A stretch of 64,000 nt of DNA from assembly GCA_009602725.1 (NCBI GenBank), contig WELB01000008.1:1050720-1114719 (forward strand), written 5' to 3'. Below, one piece after another: positions 49,888 through 62,769 of the stretch (the stretch's first letter is position 1; the number at the start of each line of letters is the position of its first letter). The translations under genes and the position numbers were made by a program. This stretch comes from Spirogloea muscicola (Eukaryota). A model generated the notes under the pieces. The model ran no database searches. It was given only the letters and a program-made list of their open reading frames with translations, and was not told the origin of the DNA.

Positions 49888-50740
49888 ATGGCGCCAGACG
49901 TTGGCCCCGCCGACGGCGAGCCGCGGCCGGCGGTCTACTCGTGCCTGCCTTCCTCCAAGAAGGTGTACGTGGACGACGAGGGCCTGCCAGGCCCCAGCTG
50001 GCCGTCCGACACGCCTATCGGCATCAACAACGAGGACCACCGCGTCGAGCTGTACTGCATCGACTACCTGCTCGCCAGGCCTGCTCCGGTCGCCCTTGGC
50101 TCTGCCCTCAACTCTGCTGCGCTCGCGGTGCCGGGTCCCGCCCATCGTTCACTGGACATCGATCTGGTCTACACTGTGCTCGCGACTCGCACGGCACGGG
50201 ATATTCTGCCGCTGACGAGCTACAGCGGCCCGAAATTGTCAAGCAGGATGAAAGCCAGAGGAGAGCAGGAGCGGAAGCTGCGGTTGCTCGCCATCACAGG
50301 AGGGTCTGACAACGTGCTCTCCATGCTAACCCTCGGCGACAAGGTTGCAAGCGTGGATGCCGTGGACCTGACCCCCGCCCAGAACCACCTGCTGCTCCTG
50401 AAGCAGGTGAGAGCATTGCTCAGGTCTACATCTTCTCTGCATTGTTATAATGGCTTTGACCAGCCTGTCCAACCATGGTGGCATCCTTCTCACTCATTGA
50501 GCACCTGCCCGCATGTGTCAGGCTGCAGTCAAGGTTCTGGAGAGCAGAGGCAAGATTGTTCAATTTCTGGGGCTCGATGGCGATCACAGCGACGCAGCGG
50601 CTGACACTCGCATTGCCACCTACAAGGCGAACGTGCGCGACCAGCTGCCTTCTGAGACTCAGGTCGGTGTGTGGGCGGCTGCTTGCAACTGCCAAAGCTG
50701 GTTCCTACATGAGGCCAAGAGCCACGAAAATCAGGACACT
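49888..50740 (+). pseudogene. DUF3419 / BtaA-like copy 3, truncated after exon 3
   Basis: First three exons match copies 1 and 2; similarity ends in intron 3 near 50740. Confidence 0.75.
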
Positions 50741-52406
50741 AAGATCAGTGCAGATTCTATGTGCTCTCTGAGGAGCCGATCACAACCATCTTGAGCCGCT
50801 TGATAAGTGGTGGCCCTCCGTGATTACCCAGAGGACAGTTTTGTAGAGCTGTGTAGGCAGAGAGGATACAGACACGCCTGCCTTTTGAAGTAGTTGCTAG
50901 AACGCCATTCTTTCCCACGAGGTTCTTTGGCCTCTGCTTCATGGGGCCGCCACAAATGAGGAGGCCGCACATGATACCTCACTAAGAAAGCGGACATGTA
51001 CGTAAGACTGTACAGATTGAAATTTGAAGGCGCATCCTTCTTCCTGCAACACTGTTGCGATGGATCCGCTTCTGTTGAGTCTTTTTCTGTGTATGATCTT
51101 CTTCATCAATTGTGCGTTGTAACTTCATGCCCAACCTTGTGACACATGTGCTATCGCAGCTAAGGAAAGAGCTCCTACTTGCCTATCTTGATCATCCGCT
51201 GAGGGTGCAAACCCTACTGCCTGCAAGAACGCTCGCTAAGACGCTGATAAGCACCGGAGGCCTTATCAGCCGTTTAGAACATCCAACAGTGAGATTGCCT
51301 CAAATGAAGGGAGGACGGCTATTGACCCTGTGAACACACAGGAGCTGTTGCTCTTGGTCTTTGTGTCATCGACAAACTCGTCATGAGGGCGAGATGGTCA
51401 CGGATGACCACTTTATGGAGCTTGATTGTGATCCTGCAAGCCTCATCATCTGTGTACAACCACCGTCTCAATCACACATAGCAGAAAGCGTTGCCACGGA
51501 GCCTGCAAAATCACAGAATCGTCTGCACATAGTCGCTTTGTCAGGCGACCACCCCTCTCAACTCGGAAGAGCGCTGGTGATGTAAGAGTTGGTAAGACCG
51601 AGGTGTGAGGTAATCTCGTTGGATACATCTGCTCATATTCGAACCTCATCCTTCGTACAACAGCCAGGCATGCGTGCTTACAACATTGGAAATGATCGAG
51701 GCTGCAAACAAGCCCTAGCCAGTAGCCACACTCAGTCCTGGAGAATAAACAAAGAAAGGCCTGTGTTGGCTTGTGGCGACTCTGAATCTACTATCTTTCT
51801 CTCATTCTGTCCGTTCCCTCAGCTGCACCTATTCCTCCATGTCTCCCACATGTAGTGCTTTTGTGGATCTAGCATGAGAAGAGGCGAGCTCCAGTCCAAA
51901 GCGCCTTACCAGGTCTGGCCAGATTGGAGAAGGTCGTATGTGGCAAGCAGAATATGCCGCTTGAGCGTCTCAGCAGGCGGTCTGCCTGTTCTCTGTATAT
52001 CACTACCGACTGACTCACCGTATAAAGGCGGGGGAAATGCTTGGAGGCAGGGGCAGGGCCAGAAGGGGAGTGTGAACGCAAGGGGAGTGCGGGCCAATTT
52101 GGCCCGCCCACAATGCTGTGCTATGAGCTGAGCACAATGAGTGCTGGGACCCAAACGGCCTGCCTACGCAAGAGGCTGCTAACTTGCTCGTATTTTGACT
52201 AGCTGGTCTACCGACCCACACTAGGTCCAGCTCCAGGACTCACAGATAGTCATCGGACGTCTATGTTTGTTGTCCCACTTCAGCTAGTCGTGCTGATGAA
52301 GCGAATGAAGGAACCAAAACGTGCAGTGTAACAGAGAAATGCGTCCCCCAGAACCGTGTAAGCAACCCCCCTCTGCACCTACGCACGACTTCTGCGTCAG
52401 CGCTGG

Positions 52407-55400
52407 TCAATAGTGGACCTCTGATTGAAGCACAGAAGGCCTGCTCCCGCACTGCTGAACGTTGGTAGCGGGTGCCTCAGATGAGGCTCCAAAAGGAGGG
52501 CCTGAAATACTTGCCGCTTGGTCCAAAGGCGACCAGGAGTTGAGCAGCGGCCCTACTTCAGATGCGGGCCTCGGAACCTTGCCCAAGTATGTTCGACCAC
52601 TATTGGAGCTACGCTGAGTACCGGAAGAAGCCGTTGCCTGGCTCGGCCTTTGGAAAGGTCTCGTCACTTGGCCTTCATAACCAGGTCGAGCATTGCTAAG
52701 CAGCCTCTGCTCCAAGTCAGCAGGTGGCTCAGATTGCAGATCCAGGCTGTGGCTGAATGACGACGATAATAGGCCGCTTGCAGCATTCCTCGGCTGCCCA
52801 AAGCTCAAGCTGCTGGGCACAGAAGGTGCTACCTGGACACAGGCGAATTCAAACCCCTCAGCAACCACTATGCCACAAAACAGATGAGATAAGATAAGAG
52901 CCAGACACTTAAAAACCAAGAAACGAGTGTGCCATGTGGACTGCTTGAGGTCGACCCTGGCTGTGGTTGGGTGAGGTTTGGTGCACTGACAAGCACACCT
53001 CCTCCACTGTGGGGCGCTGAGTCCTCTGGCTTGGGCTGAAGATTAGCTGCCGAGGCTGCTCTGCTTCACAGACTAGCGCATGCTGAGGAAGGTGCCGTCT
53101 AGCTCGGAAGAAGCCTATCTGAAACGCGTCCCATGATGTCTCCTGATATTTGCAGGGTGGCAAGGCTTCATCATGACGACATACAGTGCTAGAAGGTCCA
53201 ACGCTCCCGAGCACTGTCACTCACTGCGGAAGACCGCGGGGCAAAGGAAGGTTGCCGGGTGCTGAAGGCAGCGTCTTGCTTGGCGGCCACATTGGCAGCG
53301 ACAGGCTTTTGTGCTTGGGCGAACTCAAAGGCTTGGGCGAACTCAAAGGCTTGGCTGTCGGAGACACCGGCACCGGCTGGCCAGCACTTGGCCCCTTGGC
53401 GGCGAGCACCTTCGTGTGCAACATATTCCTGGCCTGTGCGGCAGGCTTGCTCAATGCCGGCGCTGGCGGCGGCGGCGCCGGCAGAGCAGGGCTCACATCA
53501 GGCAGCCGCTCTGGCGAGAAGGGTGGGCTGGGAGGCTGAACTTTGACATCTGCCAATGCTTGGGATGCCTTCTTGGCTGGCGAGGCTCTTGGGCTCGCTG
53601 ACCCCGAGGCATTCCTCTTCTTGTGCTGCTGTTGCTGCTGCCACCCATGGGCGCTGCTCCCTGATAACGACCTCTGTTGGAGAAAGCAAAGCAACTGCGA
53701 TCAGCTGAAGATTGCACTGGAGCTCTCAAGGCAATATCTGGTCTTGCAGTTGATGGGTACATTACACCAGGCAGCAATGTTGGCATGATCCTGTGTACCC
53801 ACAGTAAGCATGCCTAAAATCTAATGAAAGATGCAAACCCTGAAGTAGACAATGTCCCCAACCCATGATAGCAACTTAAAGGGCAAGGGAGCTCACTGCT
53901 GGAGCCAGAGCCAGAGGAGAGAGCCGCTGCCTCCCGCCGTCTGCAAATGAAGCAGGGCCCTGGCGCTGCACGGCATCTGAGTGACTGTATCCCAAGCCAT
54001 GGCCACCGCCTGCCTTCAAAGAGGGCGCGCTCCCCCTAGTGTAGCCAGGCCTCACAAAGTCTGCAATGTCCTTGGTCGAGCTGCACAAATTGCATAAAAT
54101 ACCACTGTTAGCAACTGTGACTTGCCCAGCTAAAACTTCACAATTAGACAAGTAAGTATTGGCCCTCCCTGTATTGTGCTGGGACTGCCATGGACGACCT
54201 TTGACGGTGGCCGAATATCCACGAGGTCCAGGACAACAATGCTCACACTTTCTGCCAAGCGTGTCAATGAAAGTGGCAGTCACTGCTCATTGACAAGCAT
54301 AGGCCTGCAGGCTCACCTGCCCCAAACACTACCAAGAGATAGCGTTGCCAGAGTTGTGAGAGAACAGCCAGGTGGTGAACTGTCCTGCAATCTTTTCAGG
54401 CAGCGGCCAAGCCTGGCAAACCGGTGAGCCAAAAGATCGCAGATTGTTTCAAGGCTCGCCTGCCTGCCTCCTCCAAAGCCGGCAGTCTGCAGCATGCGGA
54501 CCACCACCTTCTGCATGGCGGCATTGGCCTGCTGCTCCTCGAAGCACTGGTCATCAGTAGCTCGAAGGCAACACTGCACTTGTGAGGAACAGGTACCAGA
54601 CAACGCCGTCGACGGGACGCAGTTGCAGAAGAAGAAGGCACCCTCAGGAAGAGGAGTCGCTGCTCTTTGCGCGCCGCCTTGATCGGGCCTGCCTGGGGCC
54701 GCCTGACTGCTTGCCACCAATTTGTCACAAGCGGCTGTCCTTGGCTCAGCTGCAAGCTGGGAGTGGTCCTCCACTTCCAGGAGCTGGCTGGCGCGCGCTT
54801 CCTGTGCCACATAGCTGGCCATGCGATGGGGGTCCCTGACCATGGCGTCCCTCTCAGAGAATGCTCGGCGCTGCTCTGCGAGCCTCTGAGCCACACGGTG
54901 CATCCTCGCCATGAGGGACCTCCTGACACACAGCTCTGGCCAGCTATGCTGCTCGCCCTCTGCCTCGCCATCTCTTCTGCAGTGCTTGTCGCAGCCTCCT
55001 TGTCCTCCATCACAGTGACTTCTGCCCTCTTCTCCTTCTCGGCACCGGCAGCCCTCGCTTCCCGTTACCACATGACCCTCACTGGAGGACTTTCCTGGAG
55101 ACTTTGGCATCACTATGCCAGTGTCGAAGGTTGTGCAGGATTGAGATCTGCTCAGGTGCGCCAGCAGCATAGCTCGCCCATCATCTCGTTGGCTGCCAGA
55201 GAGACCTGATGCGCACTCTGGGCTAGACATCTGTCAAAGCGAAAGTAAGAGTGAGGCAGTAGACACACCACATAGGTCACCCTCTGTTGACTCCGTCGAG
55301 TGGCAGTGCCCAACCTTGCTTAGTACAGAGAAGTGACAGGCAAGGAAGACCAGTCGGCATAACTGTCCTCTCGCAGAATGCAAGCTACTAACCTCGCTGC

Positions 55401-58004
55401 TGCGATCAGTGTCAAGGCCGTCGCCTAGATTAACGGTTCCAGGGCCAGCTGACGCAGTATGAGCTGCCTGGCCTGCAGTGCCTTGACGAATAGCAACACT
55501 GTCCTCAGGAGACAGAACGTCTATGTTGGGTATTGCACTAAGAAGCTTGAGAGCTCGTTGCTGCAGCATCGCCACGTGTCGGACGTAAGTGGATCCCTGG
55601 TCGTAAGCACACCAACTGAAGTTGCTTCAGTTGGCAGTCAAGTTGTACCCAAGAGGGGATGGGTGGGTGCGCGTGAAATGAAGGGGGGCCAAGCCTCGCC
55701 AATGGACTGGGGATACCCATTGGCACACAGTAGGGCGCAGTAAAGACTCGACGTATACGATGCGTGTTGGAAGTAAAAGATGTATTGATGAGTATCACAA
55801 AGGAAGTGTGCCACCTAGCGCAGCTGCTCCCAACCTTCTCATTGTATTGGCGACAATTGGCAGCAATGAGGTCAATGTCTGCATGGAAGCTCCTTTTGTT
55901 TGTGTACCTGCATGACCTCTCAGGTTGTCAACAAATATCTGATGGAAAAAGCCCATGAAGATGAAGATGTAGACAACCAGAACTGTGAAGTCTGAAATTG
56001 GTCTATAAGCAGAACTTGCTGCATACTTGCAAGTACGGAGCTTCTTCAGCATGGTGCCCAAGTCCATGGGGTGCTTGATGACTTGAGCAACAAGAAACAT
56101 AACCATTGCAAATGTCAATAGCCAGTCAGTGCATCATGCAGTCCCTCATACAGGTGCACCAGACACTTGCTGGGATAAAGCCCATGTTACAAAGCACCCA
56201 AGACTGTGAGCAGGTTCGTGTCCCTTATCAAGTATAATAGTCGCTAGTGGCCCTATCCACACGCTTCTGATCAAAGGAGTCTCACCGTCATAGTAATCCC
56301 AAGCTTCGGCTTTTTTAACTTTAGTCATGAACGGCCTTGCAACTTCCTGCCATGCGCAACCAGAATGTGCCAGCAAGACAATCCTCAAACATGGCTTCAA
56401 CAGCTGACAAATGAGCACAGCACATCTGTCCTGGCATTAGAAAGATGAGAAGCTTCTGTCACACACCCCCATGTTCTTCAGTTCTTCTAACACCTTCTCC
56501 AGTGCATTGTTCAACAATGCCTGATCAAAGTCATGACTAACATGTCAGTCTGCTGCAAAAGCTCATGAATGCTGCGCACCGACCTTGGACGTCGGGATGT
56601 GACAAAGCACCACAAGTGGCAATTCAGCCTATCAATCGAATATTGGCGATGACATGACAAGCACAAAGTAGAAACACAACACGTCCATGTAACTGCAACA
56701 GGCGTACATAGACCAGCTGATGATGGCAATGATCACAGCAATCAGCTTAGAGGATTACTGGCAGTCGCTCACCTGCTTTTCCTGTTGAAGATCCTTCTTG
56801 GTCTGCAAGCAGCAATGACAATGACATCCTTAGCCACAACCATCATATGAGCACCAAGGCTCCAAGATCACAGTCAAAAGGATGAGCACACGAAGCTTGG
56901 TTAACGATTTTCCAACACTCTGGATACCCCGGCATTGTGCCTGGCATTTCACAGTCAACAGCTTCAAAGCTAATCACTTACAGGCTTCACATTTGGCATG
57001 GGAGCTGATAGCTTGCAACTGGTCTGAAGTTGGTTACTTACAGGCTTCACATTTGGCATGAGAGCTGATAGCTCGCGACTGGCTTTCAACTGCTTCTGCT
57101 TGTGCCCTCTGTGTGAGATTGATTCCTCCTCAGCTTCGTCTCCGCTTCAAAAGAGGGAGGTGTTGGCACAGCATAGCAAGCCACACAAGGAGCTGAGAGT
57201 GTGTGAAGGAGCACTGTGGAGCAGCATGACAACAAAGGAAAGCAGGACGACACAGAAGAAAGTGCGTCTTGACAGAGCACTTAAGAAGCAACGGAGCTCT
57301 TAGTCTCAGTTGTTTCGCAGGCAGACGAGGCTTACTCTGGACTTTGCCCTTGATGGCCTTGGAGATCATACTGCGGGGACAGATGCAGCGAGATAGAAAA
57401 GCACGCAGATGTCAGCGAGGACTGCACCCGAGCAAGGCGGCATTGCTGGCGGATGCCCTCTGCCAGGCAGCACCGCAGAAGCCTTGATCAGCGCATGCTG
57501 ATGGATTGTCAAGCTCTGGGAGGCCATGTCCGAGCTTGCCAGCTCTACCTTGCGCACGAGCTCGGCGAGCTTGGGAGCTCCCTCGGCCTGCAGCCGCGCC
57601 CAGTCCTCAGCATCGTCCTCGAGCGAGTAGTACACGTCGTTCTCGCTGAGGTCTGGCGAGCCATCGGCGCAGGCGCATGGCGTCAGGGACACAACGGTGT
57701 CAGTGCCGGCCAAAGCCTGCAGTCCGAAGACCTGGCCATGGCGGCGGCCGCTCTCGCTGGCCCCAGCAGCAGACGGGCGCAGAGAAGGCCGGGAGGAGAT
57801 CACCTCCCGCAGCGCTGCCGCCGCGCAGGAGCCCGTCGGCAGCCTGCCTGGCGAGGAGCGAGCGGACGCGGAGCTGGAACGGCACGTCGCTGGCGTCGCC
57901 GGCGTCGCCGCCGGGCGCGGCGGCGGCGGCGGCGCCCAGGAGCGAGTCCCAGGCCTGGCGCGACGCCAGGTGCGCCGCCAGCCGCGCGTGGTCGCGCCCG
58001 CCCA

Positions 58005-58008
<4 letters not shown>
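52407..58008 (-). CDS. Spt7-like SAGA subunit (bromodomain plus Bromo_TP histone fold); start obscured by poly-T/gap
   Basis: NALEKVLEELKNMG|EVARPFMTKVKKAEAWDYYD|VIKHPMDLGTMLKKL...DIDLIAANCRQYN, histone fold AAMQKVVVRMLQTAGF...SLETICDLL; N-terminal FQLRVRSLL and YYSLEDD. Confidence 0.75.
56976..57079 (-). repeat. 60-bp tandem duplication of an exon end plus splice donor
   Basis: acttacaggcttcacatttggcatg(g/a)gagctgatagct at 56976 and 57036. Confidence 0.85.
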
Positions 58009-58076
<68 letters not shown>

Positions 58077-58301
58077 NNNNNNNNNNNNNNNNNNNNNNNN
58101 NNNNNNNNNCCCGCGCCCCGGCTTTCGCGCCGCGATTCGCGGCGGGACCCGCGGCGCTGCCGTCGCGCCCCGGAACCGCCGCCGCCGCCGTAGCGTGGGG
58201 CTTCCGGCGCCATCGGTCGCCGGCGCTGAGGGGGAGGCTCGCCGCGCCTCGCCTTCGCTCCGGCCCTCCCGCTGCCGCACGGCGTTCGGAGCGGCATCGA
58301 G

Positions 58302-59945
58302 ATGGTGAGCGAACCCGGCGCCTCTCGGCGGCGGCGGCGGCGGCGGCGGCGGCTACTGCGGCGGCGGCGGCGGCGAGTCCGGGCCCCGTGTCTCACGGGC
58401 CCGGCGCCGTGGCGCGCGCGCGCCCGCAGATACGCTTCATCCTGCTGCAGAACCGGCAGGGCAAGACGCGGCTGGCCAAGTACTACGTGCCGCTGGAGAC
58501 GGAGGAGAAGCACAAGGTCCAGTACGAGGTGCGCCGCGCCGCCGCCGCCGACCATCGCCGCCACTTCTGCGAGGGCTGTAGTCCTCCGAGCCCGCTGCGC
58601 AGCCATGCGCCTGGCCCGAGCTGACGCGCCCGAGCCCACCACCGCCGCTCGCTGGCAGGTGCACCGCCTGGTGGTCAACCGGGACCCCAAGTACACCAAC
58701 TTCGTGGAGGTAGGACCGCTTCCATGCGGTGCCCTCTGTGACCTGTTACAGAGCACGCGAGCTGCAGCGCTCGCGTCTCCTCTGCCCTTTGCCATTGTCA
58801 CGGCTCCCTGGCGCTGGTACGAGTGTCAGGGCTATACGGGTTATGGCTCAGAACCTTCAAGAAGGTCACGTTCTGGCTTGCTCTGTCGCAAAGGTTTGGC
58901 TGACTGCGAGCTTCCTCCAGCCGCAGCAGCCTCGCTTCAAATGCGGCTTGACGAGACCCATCGACCTCACTTGCTCCAGTGGTTGTCTGTCGTCGCAGTT
59001 CCGCACGCACAAGGTCATCTACCGGCGGTATGCCGGTCTCTTCTTCTCCCTGTGCGTCGACCTCACCGACAACGAGCTGGCTTACTTGGAGAGTATCCAC
59101 CTCTTTGTTGAGATCTTGGACCACTTCTTCAGCAACGTTTGCGAGCTGGACCTGGTGTTCAACTTCCACAAGGTGGGCCCTCTTTCGAGCAATCGTGTCG
59201 TGATAGTCCATCCTGACACAATGCACCAGCAGCTGTGTGCTTCAAGGGAGGACGTGAGGTCTTCAGAGCTTCTTGGACTGTCTTACAGTTGCCTGCTGAA
59301 GGTGTCACTGGCTTTTAGATGTTTGTGTCTTGGCAATGCACATGTCTGCCAAATGCAACTGGCACATGAGTATGTACTTGCTGTACGAAAGGTTCTGTGC
59401 ACGTTCGAGCGTCTGGTATAGCATGCCCGCACTGGACTTGCTAGAGTAGCATTGCACAACATGTCTTCTGCAAGGCTGCATTGCTTGATGAACTAATGCT
59501 GCTGTTGGGAATCAACTGGAAGTGTCTTGTGTCAATTCTGATGACTCAATAACACCAAGCCCTGTTGTCTAGCATCTACATCATATGTTGCAACGGTCTG
59601 TGGCAATCGCCTGCCCAGTGACAGCTTGTCTTGTCACAATCTTAAAAATCTGCAATCTCATTGTCCGCAAGGTTTGCGTACGATTGTTGCAGGTGTACTT
59701 AATACTTGATGAGTTTATACTAGCTGGAGAGGTCCAAGAGACCAGTAAGAAGGTGATATGCATGCTCATGCTGCGCTTACATGCTGCTCTTTCAGCATGC
59801 TGCTTGTGGGCGTCCTCCAATCTGCTTCTTTTCGTGCTTGATGGGTGTCTGTATGTTTCCATGTGGCTCATTGGTTGGCAAGTTGTTGTTTGTGGCAATG
59901 CAGCAAATCATTGACCGCATGGCAGAGCTTGAGAAGCTTGACTAG
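58302..59945 (+). CDS. AP2S: AP-2 complex subunit sigma (AP17); first coding exon is ATG only
   Basis: ATG|gtgagc, then [82 protein letters not shown]. Confidence 0.96.
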
Positions 59946-60170
59946 CTTGTAGTGATTGTTTTGAGCGAAGACACTTCTCATCCTGAGAATATTGCTCGCG
60001 CTGTGCTTATGTACATGAGCACACAATTGATAAGCTCTGAAGCACCCAAAATTTACTCAACTGTAGCCAGAATACTAGTGGACATCTATACGGGTCCATG
60101 GTCAAATATGGTGGACAGCACATGCTCTGTGGGCTAGTATGCAGCCCTTGGCTCATCCCGCGTTCGGGAA

Positions 60171-62191
60171 TCATATTCCCACTAGGTGCTTCCAGCGAAA
60201 GTAGCTGAGCATTGTGAGGAAAAAGAATATACCAACTGCGACTGACCCAAAGGTAACCCAGCTGAACAGCTCTCGGTGTCTAGTTATATACGTGGGTAGG
60301 TTCATACCACAGATTCCAGAGCTTACTACTGGAGCCACGCTGGCCAAGGCAAAGGTTGTGATGATGATTTGGAACTCATACAGCTTGTTGCGACGGTGAT
60401 CAACCGCAATTCCTATGTAGTCCTCCGTATCGTCAATGTAACGCCGCAACTGTGCAGCAGTGGGTGACGAGGTCATTGTTAGGAGTTGGCAGCATGATCC
60501 AAACCAAGTCAACACAAGGCAGCAATCCTTAAGCACATGTGAGGAGGGAGGCTTGAGCAAGGCTGGTCCTGTTGCTGCTTGATGTAGTGCTGCAAATGAT
60601 ATGATATTGACCAGCAGATCAAGGCCTTCCATGCTGGTACAGGAGGAGCTCAGGAAAGAGGGGCAACAAGCTATCATACCGCAGTGAGCTTATTAAGGGT
60701 GCCGTCTATCTGTCTGAAGTAGGCCTCCAGAAGCATCTCTAGATCCTCCACTCCATCCTCGCTTGCTGAGTCATCTGATGTTGGTGTAGGTGTCGCATTG
60801 CTTCGATGAGCAGACTCTAAAGTTGAAGCAGCATCACTTGCAACAATGGGGGTGCCTTCAACTGTGGCAGCATCAGGAGAGTCCTGAAGTTGCCTAGTCT
60901 GCTGACGACGGCGCGTGAGATACATGTCTGCCATGTCTTCGTCATCATCCAGAAGCTGCTCAATCTCGTCCCGGATCTGCAGCCAGGAGATGCACCCTGT
61001 GAGCGCAAGCCGAGGAGGCGACAGCGTCGGCTGAAGCAATGACGGCAGTGCAGTGCAGACCTCTGACTCGTTGTTGAGCCATGCATGATGTCAAATACTG
61101 ATACTAGTAAGCAGCTGTGAGGCCTACACCAAACCAACTGGATCCAAGGATTTGGGCAGAGCCTGCATCCACATGGCATGGCTTGATGGCACAGCTTTCA
61201 AGCATCAGCAGAGGAGGAGGTAGCTTCCAAGAGCTCCATCAACAGTGTCTCTGAGCCATGCTTCTAGTGGCCTTGTTCCACGATAAAGTGACGAGGTCGT
61301 CATCAGTCTACCCACCTTCTGCACGCGTGCGATCAGATCCGTCATGCGGCTCTTGACGTTCCTGACCCGCTCGAGGTTGGTCGTGGTGACCTTCACCGTC
61401 AGCTCGTCCAGAGCCGGGTACGCGTCGCTGCCGAGCTCCGTGGTGCGGGCGTCCAGGTAGCTCGCCACAGCCTCCAGCGCCAGCTCGATGAACTGGAACT
61501 CAAAGGGCAGGAGCAGGTCGTCGTCGACGCGGCCAGCCACCGGCAAGTGCGCCTCCGGCCCCTCGGCTGCGTGGGCTCCGTCCTGACCGCCCGTCTGGGC
61601 GAGCAGCGCGGGGCTGGCGCGGTCGCCCTTGCGGAGGAAGGCCGCCGGCGGGGGGGCGGCGACGACGACGTGCAGGCGGCGGCGGAGCTGCTCCAGGAAC
61701 GGGATGATCTCGCGGCTCAGCGGGTTGAGCAGCAGCACCTCGTCCGCCATCACGATGCCCTTGATGAACTCCAGGTTGAGCACGATGGCGCGCTCCCGAG
61801 CTGCACGACAAGAAGCGGCCACGGCGCCGGCGAGCAGGCCGTCAGCTGCAGGACGTGGGCGGCGCTGCCGCGGCGGCGGCAGAAGCGGTGGCGGCAGCGG
61901 CGGCGGGACCTTGGATGGTGGAATTGCGGGAGGTGAGGGGCCCCAGGATGCGGAGGTCGCGCGCCGGGATGCCCGTGCGGCGCATCACGGCGTGCTTGTC
62001 CAGCTGCACCACGGCGGCGCGCCCGTCCGTCGCCACCGCCAGCCACGCCCGCTCGCCTGGCCGCTTGCGCGGCTTGCTGCCCGCCGCCGCCNNNNNNNNN
62101 NNNNNNNNNNNNNNNNNNNNNNNNNNNNNNNNNNNNNNNNNNNNNNNNNNNNNNNNNNNNNNNNNNNNNNNNNNNNNNNNCGGGGCCTCAT
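60171..62191 (-). CDS. MRS2: MRS2/MGT (CorA-like) magnesium transporter; 5' part spans an N gap
   Basis: KHAVMRRTGIPARDLRILGP, RERAIVLNLEFIK, LPFEFQFIE, LLDDDEDMADMYL, LEMLLEAYF, IDDTEDYI, GMN motif between two TM helices. Confidence 0.93.
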
Positions 62192-62769
62192 GGCCAGCCC
62201 GGCGGCGGCGGCGGCGGCGGCGCCTCGCCGGGCCCCGCTGCCCGGGCTCTGCGGCGCAGGTCGCGGCGACGAGTGATAGAAACGAGTGCTGGAGTTAATA
62301 GAGTGCAGCTGCTGATGTTAAAAAGGGCGGCCGTAAAAGAGAGAGAGAAATGACGCTTCCAGTAATGGGCGATTGTAGTAATTGGCCAGCCCAGAAAAAG
62401 GAACAAAGCTCGACGAACTTTTAAAAGAAAAGCGTTAAAGCAAAGCGTTCAAGCCACCCCGGCTGCAGCGGGCTATAACCAAACCCAGCCCACGCTCAGC
62501 GGGCTAACCGCCGTCGCCGCTTCCCCGCGGGGCAGGCTGACCCGGTTAGCCGCTGCGACCAACCGGGGCCCTTGACCAGCCTTCGCCGGCCTTCCCTAAC
62601 CCTCTGCTGGCTCCGTAACCGCCACCTTCAGGCTAGACTCCACTCGCGCCCGCCGCGCGGCTACGCCGCCGCGGCCGCCGCCGCCGTTGGCGCCGCCGCC
62701 GCCGACGCCGCCGCCGCCACCGTCGCCGCCTTTCCTTGCCGCCGGCGCATCTGCACGTTGTGCGAGGTC

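Noticed and set aside
50760..52260. Unassigned sequence with short ORFs after DUF3419 copy 3
   Set aside because: No recognisable homology by eye; cannot support a call without a search
53314..53354. 18-bp tandem repeat
   Set aside because: Encodes KPLSSP twice in a low-complexity region of the Spt7-like protein; ordinary
58009..58109. Long poly-T run next to an N gap (possible retrocopy tail or poly-Lys/Phe ORF)
   Set aside because: It abuts an assembly gap and interrupts an intron-containing gene's 5' end; most likely a sequencing or gap-filling artefact
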